Shown here: positions 51,131-63,255 of the stretch, one piece after another
How the letters are laid out: every line of letters begins with the position of its first letter
How positions within the stretch are numbered: position 1 is the stretch's first letter
NCBI RefSeq assembly: GCF_009834535.1
Contig: NC_045696.1
Location: 62,870,001-62,934,000 of the forward strand
Reading direction: 5' to 3'
Length of the DNA: 64,000 bases
Source: Camelus ferus
Taxonomy: Eukaryota
Made by a program: the position numbers and the translations under genes
The notes under the pieces: model-generated
The model's input: the letters and a program-made list of their open reading frames with translations, nothing else
What the model was told of the DNA's origin: nothing
Database searches by the model: none

Positions 51131-51219
51131 CCACTTTATTATCTTCAGAAATGTTTACACAACTAACAGCCTTGTTGCTTCTGACCTGCCTCAGCAAATG
51201 GCATGTGCTATTCTCCGTC

Positions 51220-51480
51220 TCTACCTACAGCTCCTCTATTTCTGCTTCTCTCTTAATGTTGATTCCTTTCCTTTAAACATTACCCCACTTATGTGGGAAC
51301 CTGGTCACCAGAAATGCATTTTTAGGGAAATAAAGGACTCTTTTCTACCAGTCAGAAAAATTCCAGGCAAGGATGCTGACTGGCTTGCTTGGGGGGAAGA
51401 TGTTTTGATTGGTCCAGGAGGTATCATTTGCCCACTCTCAAGGCCAAACAGGTAGTATCTGTCACCAGAAGAAGGGATGG
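51220..51480 (-). mobile_element. MLT1K/L-like LTR fragment
   Basis: gatgctgactggc...ttttgattggtccagg...catttgcccac. Confidence 0.4.
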
Positions 51481-51499
51481 AAGGCCAGAGGAGTGGCCC

Positions 51500-51690
51500 T
51501 TAATCCACCCAGCAGGGAAGGAGAGTCAGGGAAGGATTCCTAGAGGAGATGATCTTTAGCTGAGTCTTAAATAACGAATTAGAGGCAACCAGTCCTAATG
51601 CAGAAAGGGGAAGGGTTTGTAAGAAGGGCATTCCAGGGAGGGGGAAATACGAGGAAAAGCGCAGGAGTAAGACAGGGCATGGTGTGTAAG
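51500..51690 (-). mobile_element. L2 fragment
   Basis: gtcagggaaggattcctagaggagatgatctttagctgagtcttaaa...gggcattccagggagg. Confidence 0.75.
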
Positions 51691-52219
51691 CCCCCATGTA
51701 GACATCCAGCCGCTAGACTGTGAGCATTTGAAGGTAGCGCTTGTGTCTTATCCATCCTTGTCTCCATCCATGTGCTTGACCTGTGTGAGCTGCTCCCTAC
51801 ATGTCCACTGACTAAATGAGTGGCTGATACATACACAGTTGGTACCATTTCATGATTTGACCAGCGCCAGGCAAAGGTCTGAAGTGATACCTCCACATCC
51901 TCTGGAGACAGAATCCAGGGCTCCATGTGAGCTCAACTGACTATCAGAAAATAACTTGCTTTTCATTTTTTCTGGAGAAGTCAAAATAATTATAAAAAAA
52001 AAACTCCCACAGGAGGCTTGGCTACCAAGGCTCTGGTTTGCTGTCATCAAGCCTTGCTATTCAACTGCACTGCAGGGGATCAGGTCAGACCTTCACCAGG
52101 AGGAAAAAAAAAACCATCCTTTATGACACTCTGAAACATAAAGCCACTTCCACAAGTGTGACCATTTCGATAAATTCCAGGTGTAAAAAAATCTGAATAA
52201 CACATAATGGAGGTATATT

Positions 52220-54535
52220 TTTAACATTTAAAAAATTTTATCTAAATTTCACAAATACGTAAAGAGTCAAATAGTTCTACTTGCTGTGGAAAACACCAGC
52301 TCCCCACCCAACTCCATTTCTCCCTATCCTGAGGCAGCCATTTTCAACTCTTTCAACTGATTTTCTCAGTATTTCCTTCCATAGGTGCTGATATTTTTAT
52401 TCATGGATTTTGCAATCTGGGCATCATCTATTGACTTCTAACTGTGGAAGGTGAGGCTCTAACACCCTTCTCCGCCCCTTTAGACACACGTCCACGTGGA
52501 TACCCTTCCTGCTCACTACACCTCCCACGTATAGTTACAGAGTTCTTTAGTTACATCCATATTCATAATTTACATTATTCTGACTGTAAATGCTATTTAT
52601 TGCTGAACCATGTTGTGTCCTATGGTACCTCTTCCTTTCTCGTTCAACTTTCTGCTTACCCTGGAGTTAATAATTGCCTTTTTTTTAATTGCCAAATTTT
52701 CTATATATTCAACATCAATTTAATCCTTCTTCTGAGTGTGTACATTTACTTTCAATAAGCATCAGAAGTTTAAGCACAGTAAGTGTTCTGTCAATTCCAT
52801 TTTCTTAACACAGTTGCCTCTGGACCTGGGCCAGTCTGGGATGTTCCTTCATCACCACCCCAAGGAGTCTCACCTCTCTCTAGGATGGCGCCTCTCTGTT
52901 TTAGGTCTTATCTTCTTTTCTTTCTCAGTTAACTCAATTGTTCTGGTGACTCACATCCTCTAGTTTTCTAAGACAGAGTACATAGGGTTAATTTCTTATT
53001 TTTGTCCTTGTACATGTAAACAAATGTCTAGTATATTCTCACACTTAATCGACGTAGAATTTTAGATAGGAAAATATTACTGCTCAGTTTGGAAGGCACT
53101 GTTTCATTGTCATGTTGTTTCCAGTTTAGCTGTGGTGAAATTCACGCATTCTCATTCTGATGATTGTTTCTTTGAATGAAATCAATCCCTCCCTTACCTC
53201 TCAAAGCTTGCAGGTTCTTCTCGTGTCCCTTCGTTCTGAAATTTTACAATGATGTGCCTGCCGTGAGTCTGGCATCAAAGAGTTTATACACTTGGCTGGG
53301 CATTTAGTGGATACTTTTTGTTCAGAAATTTATGTTTTTCAATTCTAGAAAAACTTCTAAAACTGTTTATTTGATGGTGTCTTCTTCTCCATTCTCTTAC
53401 TGGAACTCCATAATTTGTGCTGTATTTATTTTTTTTTTAAAGATATTCTTCCTTATTTTCCACCCTTACCTTTTTTACTCTACTTTCTGGGATATTTCTC
53501 CACCTTGATTTTCTAATCTTTCTACTGAGTTTTTCACTTCTGCTTTCAGATTGTTAACTTGCAATGGCTTTTATCCTGTCCTCACAGTATCCTGTTTCTG
53601 TTTTACAGAATGCTATATCTTATCTCTGCAAGGCTATTATGACAGTTTTTTTTTTTTATGTTTTATTCTCTTTGCATAGTTTCTTCCATCCAAGTTTCTT
53701 TTTTCTTTCTATTTTTTCGGGCCTCTTTCATGTTAGAGAATTTCCACCAATGTCTGGTTATCCTTTGCTGTTTATGATACTTAAAAGTGGGGACTTAACA
53801 ATAGATTGGACTCTTCAGGGAGCAGGGCTGTGTCCACTGTGGTTTTATGTGTACAATGATCTGGCTAGGGACCCCCTACTATCAGTGTCTTCTTATCTTT
53901 TCTCTTGGGCTAATCAGCTGCCCAGAGAATCATATTCTACCACCTCTTGACTGAACCGTATAATCTGGTTTGCAGAGTTCATAGTGTTGGAGAGAAGAAG
54001 AAAGTTAGTGATCTCAACAGATAGCATATAAGCTTTTAGGTAATGGCTCTGTTTTCTGTATGATACCTCTGGCCTCAATTTCACCTATGTTCCTTCAGTG
54101 CAGACCCTCTCCTTTACAGTTTATTGAGAATCAGCCTTCAGACTTCTGCAGAGGGAAGTTGCTACTATGTGAAGAAGAGGAAAAGAACCAGAAATCTAAC
54201 TAACCATTGCTTATACAGTTTTTAACCAGTTCTCACATTTTAGCCCTCTGCTACCTCCACTTCCAGAGGTACCTGGAGCCACCAGTCCTGGAGCTTCTTG
54301 AGAGTTCTCCAATATGAAATTAGAATATTTCTTGGCTTTCCATAAGGCTGCCTTGGAATTCGGCTTCCTTGGGTCTGCTAAGTCAGATATGACTCATCTA
54401 TCTGTTTTCAGCCTCTGAAATTTTGTTGCTGATGACTCCTTTCCCACTCTCTTTGTCCTTATGAGATTGTGCCTTTTGTTTAATTTATTATTTTTAAAGT
54501 GATGTTTAGAGTTGGAGAGGAGATTAATCTTTACC
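52220..54535 (-). mobile_element. Near full-length HAL1-like element (~2.3 kb)
   Basis: 3' end aaagagtcaaatagttct; decayed antisense ORF1-like core (gttctgaaattttacaatgatgtgcc); 5' part homologous to 11330-12010; no ORF2-like segment seen. Confidence 0.75.
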
Positions 54536-54899
54536 TTCAACTCTGTTATCCTGGGGTTCCGGTCATTTATCATCAAAACCTTTTCCACCAAATAGTGCTT
54601 CTAAATATCAAGCTGCTCTGTTGCATTTAAAATGATATTTGGTTAGCCGATCCATATTTTACAATTCTCAGAAATGGTTACTTTTATGGAAAGCAAGGTG
54701 ACTCCCTGGTTGATAGGGACAATTCATCATCAGTCAGGAGAAAATGAGGACCTGCGTTTATGAAATTTCAGGGTTTTATCCTTTTAAAGATTTTTATTTC
54801 CATGGGCTAGTAAGAGTTTGATATCTGGATAAAGACATGGCATTCATTTCAGAAAAGGAGCCTGGAAAATGACTGGTGTCTCCTTGCGGTGATTGTGGT

Positions 54900-55052
54900 G
54901 GTTGGCTCCCCAGCAGGACTGGTCCGAGCTTGGACTTCCCCTTCCTCTGAACTTCCGGTTGTGGAAAGTGATAGTCATCCTTGTTCCTTAAGCCAATCTG
55001 AGTTGAGCTGGAGTCTTTTGCTTTTTGCAGGTGAAAACATCCTATCTCCATA
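54900..55052 (+). mobile_element. MLT1K/L-like LTR 3' end
   Basis: ctgaacttccggtt...ccttaagccaatctgagttg...ttgcaggtgaaaacatcct. Confidence 0.5.
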
Positions 55053-55619
55053 GACTGCCAATAGACAAGTTACAATCTTTGGCAGCAAAGCATCTATTTT
55101 TCAAAAATTATGTAGAAGTGTTGACTTATAGTCTCTGTTTAGATCATGAAAAAAGATTTGGGAAGAATGAGTTTAATATCTGTAGAGATAGGAATAAACA
55201 TATTACTTAGCATTCAGGTGCCTGAAGCTTACTTTTTGAGCAGTGTTTATTTCATTGTTCTGAGTCTTCCTTTATATCAAACAAAAATTTGGATTTTTCC
55301 CCCTATTTACTTGGGTCCTAGTACATATAAAATAAAGCAGAAAATGAATTACAGTGAAATGAACCTTCAGAAGTAAGTGGAATATGTGATTCCATTATTT
55401 TAATTGCTTTTATCAACCCTTTTGAGGTTCTCCTTTGAAGAGGGCTTTTTCTGTAGATAGCTCCAAAAGTTATTTGAGTTTCAATGCACGAATTATTCCC
55501 TCAGATAGAAATTTCATTATTTCTTATAACAAGCAGATTTAGCAGAAAATATCTTGAGAAGGAGTGGTGTAGAGTGGGGCAAAATTTAGGTGTGCAAATA
55601 TTTTATTACTAATACCATG

Positions 55620-56255
55620 CCCTATTGCATGGCTAAAGGCACAGGCTTTGAGGTTCAAGGGAGTGGGTTCAAATCCAGGCTCGACCATTCACCAGCTATG
55701 TGGCTGTGGATCAGTTACTTAGCCTCTCTGTGCCTCCAATTCATCATCTGTAATAGTAATACCTACCTCTCATGGTTGATGAGAACATTAAGTGAAGAAA
55801 TACATGTTAAAAAAAAAGAAAGACCTAACTTGTAATAACCTATCATGAAAAAGAATATATATATAACTGAATCACTATGCTGAACACCAGAAACTAACAC
55901 AATGTTGTAAATCAACTATACTTCAATTAAAAATAAATTTTAAAAAATTAAAAAGAAAATGCCTTTGTACTTTAGAGCTGCAAACTAAAATACTTAGAAG
56001 TAAAATAGCAAATATCTGGGTTTGCTTTAAGAAACCTCAGCAAAAACAGAGACCTAAGGGATAAGTGAAGCAAGTGTGGCCAAACGTGTCTAACTGCTGA
56101 GGGCTCTCTACACTATTATTTCTACTGTGAGTTGATCTATAAATTTTCATAATAAAGCTGTATTTCAAGAGTCAAAAATAAAAGATCTAGAACAGTGCCT
56201 CATATACAACAAGTGCTCAGTAAAAATTTGTTGTTATTGTTATTATTAGCATTAT
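55620..56255 (+). mobile_element. MIR (55620-55808, 56186-56255) containing an old L1M 3' end (~55960-56185) and a young L1 tail (~55825-55955)
   Basis: MIR core ggctttgagg...gggttcaaatccaggctc...ttcatcatctgtaa resumes at tagaacagtgcct...aagtgctcagtaaa; young L1 tail ataactgaatcactatgctgaacaccagaaactaacacaatgttgtaaatcaactatacttcaat. Confidence 0.8.
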
Positions 56256-58489
56256 CATCGTTATTCAAGACAACTCTATTCAGCATTTATTGAGCACCAC
56301 GTGATCTCTCCCCTCAGTGCTGGAGTCATGGGCACCCTGCTGGTTAGGTCAAGGAGAGAGATACAGAGACCTTGATTTTAAAGTCCTGCCTAATGCCGAC
56401 CACTTTCCCCTCCCCTACACCTCAAGGCTTCCTCATCTCTGCCTTTCTCATCCCCCGCAACCCGTGCACAGCCCTGGTCATGTCCTCCAGGCCCTTCGGC
56501 CTCGCCTGGGGCCCTAAGACAGGTTTTTCACTAATTTCATTTGGGATCTGTTTCCTCCTTATTCTGCCAGAGGACCCAGCTCCCATCCCGACTCTTTCCC
56601 ACTTAGAGACCACTCCGTACTCATTCAAAGAAATGCGTCTTACTCCAATTCAATTCAAAGCTCTTTTGCCACCAAAGTCACTCAAACAATCCCAGACAAA
56701 AGGGCAGGGGACTTGTGGGTCCTTGGAGGGCCAAGAAATCCTTGACACCCTGTGCAAGGGGCCACTATAGCACTGCAGGGCACACAGAGGTAAGACGCAC
56801 ACATCAATAACCATCAGTTGACCTCGAAGTGAGGGCCTGATATTGGGGGTGAGTTCTTTGGGAGGACAGGGGAAAAGGAGAATTTCTGAGTTGGTGAATC
56901 AAGAAAGGCTTCCTACTTTTTTCCTTTTTTAAAAAAAAACATTTTATTTCTGATTTACTTCCTCACCTTTACTGTAGATTTTTGTTTTTTGGGTTTTTTT
57001 GGAGCCATGCCAAAGGATGAGAGGCTTGGACATGCAGCAGAAGGGGAGGGGAGAGAATGAACAATGCCAGTGTCCTTTCCTTTCCAGAAGATGGCACTGT
57101 GGAGACCGGGTTATGGTCATTCATTCATTCATTCATTTATTCACTTCTGGACTCTCTGTCCATGACATAGAGCCATTTACCATCCTAACTTTACCTGGAT
57201 TGCTGTAGTTCATGCTCCTTCCCTTCACTTTGGGTGACTGTCCTGGTACAGCTCCCACAGTCTGCAGGCTAATCATCAAAAATGTTAAGACTTTGAAATT
57301 CTGGAATCTGTGAATATTCCTTCCTCTGGGGATGTTCCCTGTCTCCTTACTGCTTATTTGGAGTGAGAAGAGGACTTGCCCATCTTTAATGTTCAGCTCA
57401 AGGACCACCTCCTATAAGAAGAAGAAAAAGAATGGCTTTTACTGAATAGTCTCTCTGTGCAGCCACCTGCTGTGTCCCCCCCTCCCCGCCAGTGACTTAG
57501 TCCTCACCATCGTCACAGTGGGGACTTCACTCAGGCTATTGCTCTCTATTAGCTGAGCCCTCTGTGATGCCAGTGCCCAAAGTGGGTCTCTCCTCAGTGT
57601 CCAGCCCCTCCTCCCCCCATGATGGGAGCAGCCACGTGATGGGCTCCAGTTCACAGCCCAGGTTCACTGGGTCCCAAGTTCACAGCAGGATCTGGCCATT
57701 TCAGGAGTCCAGCCAGCTCCTTCCTGAGGATGTGCTGTAGTGACTCATGACCAGCCCCATGGGAGAATAATCCAGATCTACTCGCCAAAAATTTAACAAT
57801 AGCAGCATTTAAATCATCTCCTAGGAGTGACGGATGTCACTGCCTCCAGGGGAAGAGGAGGTGTTCCACCCAGCTGCATCCTACCCAAGGCCTCCCTTCC
57901 TCTCAGGTGGGTGGCAGGGTTGGCAGGATGGGGCAAAGGTGTGGGTGAAAGGTAGTGTCACTTTTTCACAATCAGAGAACTTGAAAGGAAGCTACAGTTT
58001 GTGGGATTCTCTAAGCTGTGGGCACTCATGTTTCAGGTAAGGGGTTGAACTATATGATCCCTGAGTCTCCTTGCAGTTCACAGGCCTCAGGGTTCTTAAC
58101 ATTCCAGAACTCCTGTGCTACCCTTGAGGACTTCCTGCTTCTGAAAATTAAACCTGGAAATTAAGGCTATGGAGCCCTAAAAGGAGGAGTGATTCTTCCT
58201 GCTTCTTTCCCATCAGCTGTCATCAAAGCTGCCCTTATGTCCTGGTCACAGCCAGCTTAAATTCTCTTATTTGCTAGTCATTTTTCATGATCAGAAAAGC
58301 CAGGAACTGGGAATTTTGGGAAAAGAGGACCCAGCCAAACCTTCACCCCCTGCAGGGCCCTTGACTTCATGTCCTAGGCTTCTCAGAAGACATCAGCTAT
58401 TAAAGATGTGGAATGCAAGGACGGCTGGAGAAGCCGCAGTGATCCAGGGCAAGATGCTATAGCAGCGGCCTGTCACCTCTTTGAAGACA

Positions 58490-58640
58490 GCTCCCAGATC
58501 AGCATCTCCAATGTCATCCTCTCTCCACAGCTCCGCCTGGATACCTGTTGGCGTCTCATACTCAGTATGCTCACAACTGAACTTGCTCTGCTCTACAAAC
58601 CTGCCCTCTCTCCTGCACTCCCCACTTTAATGCCACCATA
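58490..58640 (+). mobile_element. L2 fragment
   Basis: ctccgcctggatacctgttggcgtctcatactcagtatg...aactgaactt...aaacctgc. Confidence 0.65.
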
Positions 58641-58664
58641 GAGATCATTTGTGCTCTCTCTTTC

Positions 58665-59091
58665 TTTGAATTTTCTGTCATCTGATCCCTTATCCTATTT
58701 GGAGAAAATACCAATTAAAATCTGAAGTGGGCCAGACATTCCCACACTTGCCCTCTAGTGACTGGGGTATTTTCACATGACTTAGACATGGTCATTCACA
58801 CCATGGAAAAGGGATTTTGGTTCCTGAGAGTGACCCAAGCTGGGCATTATTCATAGCAGGAGTGGAGGTGGGCAGTGCAGCAAGGGATGCTTTAGCTGTG
58901 ACCTGACCAGGGTGCTCTTGTGGTGTGACCTACGTCCCAGCTTCTCTTGATCCTGCCTATTTTCTGAGACTGGCTTTTCAGCCTTCCCATTGATTCAGGG
59001 AGCACTAATAAGTATGTATTTAATGAATTTTGTTTCTTCTTAGAGATCCAGAATCAATTTCTGTTATTTGCCACTAAGCCCTGGCTGGTAC
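58665..59091 (+). mobile_element. ERVL LTR (LTR33/LTR16-like)
   Basis: 3' end cagccttcccattgattc...ccagaatcaatttctgttatttgccactaagccctggctggtac matches the recalled LTR33 U5. Confidence 0.65.
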
Positions 59092-59849
59092 CCTCACCAT
59101 TCCCCCAGTCTACAAGTCAGGAGAATTCCAGTTCCTGCCTGATTGTCCCTTTCTAGTTTACACACCACTGGTCACAGGCCCACCCCTCCTGCCATGTGAT
59201 GCCACCTCTATGGCCCCAGCCCCACTGACACCCCTAAACCAGACCCTCATTACATGTGCCTATTCCTGCTGTCCCTGGGTTGACGGCTTCTCTGACCCCT
59301 GGGCTCTTCTTAGCCACAATCACCTAGTTTCGGTAGAACCTCAGAATCTGGGATCAGGCTGCATCCTCCATCAGGGCTCTTGGCAGAGGAGAACAAAGGG
59401 AAAACTGGAGAAAAGAAAGATGTTCAGCAACTCTGAGTGGAAAGGGAAGAGAGAAGGCCAGCGCCACAAAACAGGTGTAACTCGGTGCACCTGTAACAGC
59501 TCAGTCTGCCTGAGGTCCTCAGATGGGACGAGTTTTTCTCTTTCATTGGTACTTCTCCTTGTTTTCTAAATTCACATCAGTGTAAAGTATTAATTACCCT
59601 TTAAATGGAAATAAATTAACTTACAATTTTATCTTGCTTTTATAGTAGCCAAGTTCCCTGAGGATGCATTAATTGGTTTTAAATCCAAATCCATCTAATG
59701 CACTTGGACCGTTTGCTAGGTAATGGAAATTCGTGATGACTTCTGTAAAGGAAAGGCTTAATGCCAACTCCCTTTTCTTTGCACATTTTTATCACTGTGG
59801 CTGAGGTAAGCTTAATCATGGATGGAGAAAGTCCAGCAGCACCAAGCTC

Positions 59850-59960
59850 TTTATTTATTCAGTAAACATTTATTGAACATCTACTTTATGCCAAGGACTG
59901 TGCAAGGCACCGGGCAGCCAATGAAACAGACTTGGTCCCCCTAGTGAAGCTACAGCTGAA
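59850..59960 (-). mobile_element. L2 3' end
   Basis: attcagtaaacatttattgaacatctactttatgccaaggactgtgcaaggcaccggg. Confidence 0.75.
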
Positions 59961-60270
59961 CACATTAAAAAGCCTTTTTGCAGGCTTCCTGAAGTTGTTA
60001 TGCATAACTCCCCTCTGAGTAGGTCTCACTAAGCTGGCTTTTGCAGGAAGCCAAGCCTGGGAGAGATCTGGTGGTGGAACATCAGAGAGCCTCATCTGGA
60101 AGCACCAGGAGACGTGGGCGTTGTGGACACACAAAAGGAGCCAGCTTGGCTGGGCTCGTCCCTTCTGCCTTCCCGGGTGTTCCTACCTGCAGACACAGGT
60201 TAGTGGACAGAATTGTTCCTAGAAAGCCTGTGCAGATGATTGCCAGGAACTTCTACCTGGCACACTCATC

Positions 60271-60440
60271 TAGGGTTGCCAAATTTAGCAAATAAAAATA
60301 TAGGACACCCAGTGAGATCTGAATTTCAGATAAACAATGAATTTTTTTTTTTTAGCAAAAGTATGTTCTATATAATATTTAGTATATGCTTATACTATGT
60401 TCAACTTAACTGGACATTTCTATTTTACCTGGAAACCCTA
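60271..60440. mobile_element. MER53 palindromic hAT element with a partly deleted right arm
   Basis: Terminal inverted repeats tagggttgcca...tggaaacccta; tttagcaaataaaaatataggacacccag...tgaatttcagataaacaatgaa. Confidence 0.88.
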
Positions 60441-62431
60441 CCACCCCCACTCCCAAGCCAGCCAGTTGCCCTGTGCCCCTATTAACCCTGGTACCTGCTC
60501 TGAAGCAGCACCTTCCCCAGCGCAGGAGTGCAGAATCAACCAGTCCTCTTTCAAAATATATCTGTCCTGAGGAATATTCCAGCTGAGTCTGCTCTCAGCT
60601 AGCTGTTCCCAGGAAAGAAAGTTAAATCAGCCACCTTGACAGCACTGACTCCAAGCAAGGAACAACATGTTCTATGGAGGATACAAAGGTAAGTAAGATG
60701 CAGTCACTGCCTGAAGGAACCCAGAGGCTAGCGGGGGAAGGGGAGTAAGCTGTTCAAATAATTGTAATACAAGGTAGAAAACTGGAAAATAACTTAGGTG
60801 CTAAGGGAAGGCAGGGACGAAGAGATCACATTACTTTGGACGGTGGGAGTCCTGAGGGCATCCTGGAGGAGGTGGCATTTATAACTAACTAGACCAATGA
60901 CTCATCCATCAAATCACTTCACAGCTTGGATGTGATCATTATAAAGCTCCCAGCAGTGCCCACAGTCAGTCACAGTTGGCATCCCAGATGAAGTCTTTTC
61001 ACCATCCTTGACCTAGAGGTATGCCTAAAGGTACCGAGAGGAATCTTCTGGAAAGGGCATGCCAGGCAGAGCAATCAGTGTAGACCCAAGTCATGAGAAA
61101 AGGCCTGTGTGTTTGGAGAACTCTGGGAAGTCTCACGTAGCCAGAGTCTAGGGCTCCCTGTGGGGTGTGTAGCTGGATAGTCTGTCCCCAAGTTATGTCA
61201 AGAATAGGGAGGCAATCTCCGGGACACAGGGAGCCGGCCCTTCCCCTGGAAAGCTGGGGATTTGAGGGGAGCACCTGCTCTCCCTGGAGGTGGGCTTTCC
61301 TGCTCAGGGGCCTGCGTGGGCACCATTCCTACTCCCAACCCAGTGGACAATGGCTGTGCCAAGGGAGGGAATGCCAGTCTCATTCTTGGGAAATATTCAG
61401 ACACCTGAGGTTTTGAATATTACAGACCTTGGTTTTTGCTTGTACAGCATCTAATAAGGAAGCAGAAAGGTTTCTCGTTCATGGCTTCCTGCTTAATATG
61501 GGGGAGCTTCCTCCAGTCAGGCAAACATTTACAGCAGCAGTGGCTAAGCCAGCCCTGATAATGGCCTAGAGGTGGCCAGAGAAGAAAGACAAATGCCCCG
61601 GCTGCCTGTTTGCAGGGGAAGCAACAAAGAAAACTCCCCACAGGAGCTGTGGTTTCTTAGTATCGAAGGGATTCTTTGGGCTGTGGTAGTCCCACGGGGT
61701 TACCTGACACCCTCCACATTGCACACAGACCGCGCCAGCACCGGGATCTCCAGAAACAGAAGAGCTGATGGCCGGTTAATGAATTCTCCCCCAGCAAGTC
61801 AGACAGACAAGCTCCAGCTGCCCCTAGCTGGCCTGCTAGCTGAGCTGGGCTTCCCGAGCAGGGAGGGCTCGGCGTGGGTCTGTCAGGGAGTGTTTTTGAG
61901 AAATTAAAGTGACATTGCTAAGTAGGGGCACATAACTGCCTCCCTCCCATCCTTCTGCCTGACGTCCCTGCTCGAGGGAATAATACATGAGAGCACGTTC
62001 TTGTTCCTCCAGAGACTTAATTAGAGCTGGCTGTCACGTGGATTTAGGCACGGCAGGGGCAGGCTCCCGGGTCCCTCCTGGGGCCACTGCCCTGATGGGC
62101 TCCTGGCCCTCAGACTCCTCTGGACCCTGAGGGAAAGCAGGTGGGACACTGCTGGGGGCACAGAGGCCACGGATGCAGGGCCTCATCCTTGCCCCCCGGC
62201 TTGTGTCCCCCTTCCTCCTAACAGGGTGATCCAGACCTCATTTGCCCCTTTCTGAGTCTGTCTCCCCTCAAATCTTGACCTCCTTGTATGTTTCCACTTT
62301 CCCCAGGCCTCCATCTCTAGGTTTTGGAGGCCTGGATTGTGACCTGATCCTGTTTCCACCAAGCATAAGCAGGGTGCGGGGCGGGTGCTGGAAGGGTCCA
62401 GGCCAGGCTTCCCCTGGATGGGGCCCAATAT

Positions 62432-62530
62432 CCTCCCTTGTCCTCCCCTCCCTCCTTTTCTTTCCCCCTTCCCCCTCACCTTCCCATCCCCCTTCCCTCC
62501 CCCTCCCCCTCTCCTTTCCCCCTTCCTCCA
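62432..62530. repeat. C/T-rich low-complexity tract
   Basis: Almost pure pyrimidine with many C3-C6 runs. Confidence 0.85.
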
Positions 62531-63028
62531 CCAGGCAGGCTGAGCTGGAAACCACAGGAAGGGGCTGGGCTGGCTTTGGCCGCAAAGGCTGAAAGCTGGA
62601 GGTGAGGAATCAGGAAAGCCAGGCTTGATTCCAACATGAATTGGAAAGATTCCCCAACGGCCATGGCATTAGGTAAATAAGGCTCCAAAACCCTGTGAAT
62701 GGCAACAGATTTTTTAATTTCCAGTAAACTTTAAAATTTTTGTTCTGCAGCACACTGACCAATGAGGAGCAATAAGTCTTTTCATTAATTCTTATAAATG
62801 TAATACACAGTCATGAGGAAGACTCAAAAAATATAAAGCAGTATAAAACGAAAAGAAAAGGCCCCCTCACCCACCCTGACCCCACATTCCCACTCCCCAG
62901 ACGTACATTGTTAGCAATTTCTTGGGGCAATTAGGTTTCAAAGAAACAAAATTCAGGATTGAAACTGCAGAACAAGAGTAGATGCTGGGCGGTGTGTCTG
63001 GAATACAAAGGAGGAGTGTGTGCATGTT

Positions 63029-63045
63029 TGTGTGTGTGCACGCGT

Positions 63046-63090
<45 letters not shown>
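63029..63090. repeat. (TG)n microsatellite with an embedded palindrome
   Basis: 62 bp of unbroken pyrimidine/purine alternation, including gtgcacgcgtgcac at 63036-63049. Confidence 0.92.
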
Positions 63091-63092
<2 letters not shown>

Positions 63093-63104
63093 CATGAGCC
63101 ATGG

Positions 63105-63255
63105 TTACTAGCACAGGCTCGGCTATGGGCAGCTCAGGCTCATGTTCCAGTTCCCCTGCTCCTGTGTGGCAAGTTGGGCGATTTGCTTAGCTTTTTGGTG
63201 CCTCGATTTTATCCTTTGTAACTTGGGAATAATGAGAATAGTACCTCCTACACAG
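63105..63255 (+). mobile_element. MIR SINE
   Basis: gcacaggctcgg...ttgggcgatttgcttag...gtgcctcgattttatcctttgtaa...ataatgagaatagtacct. Confidence 0.6.
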
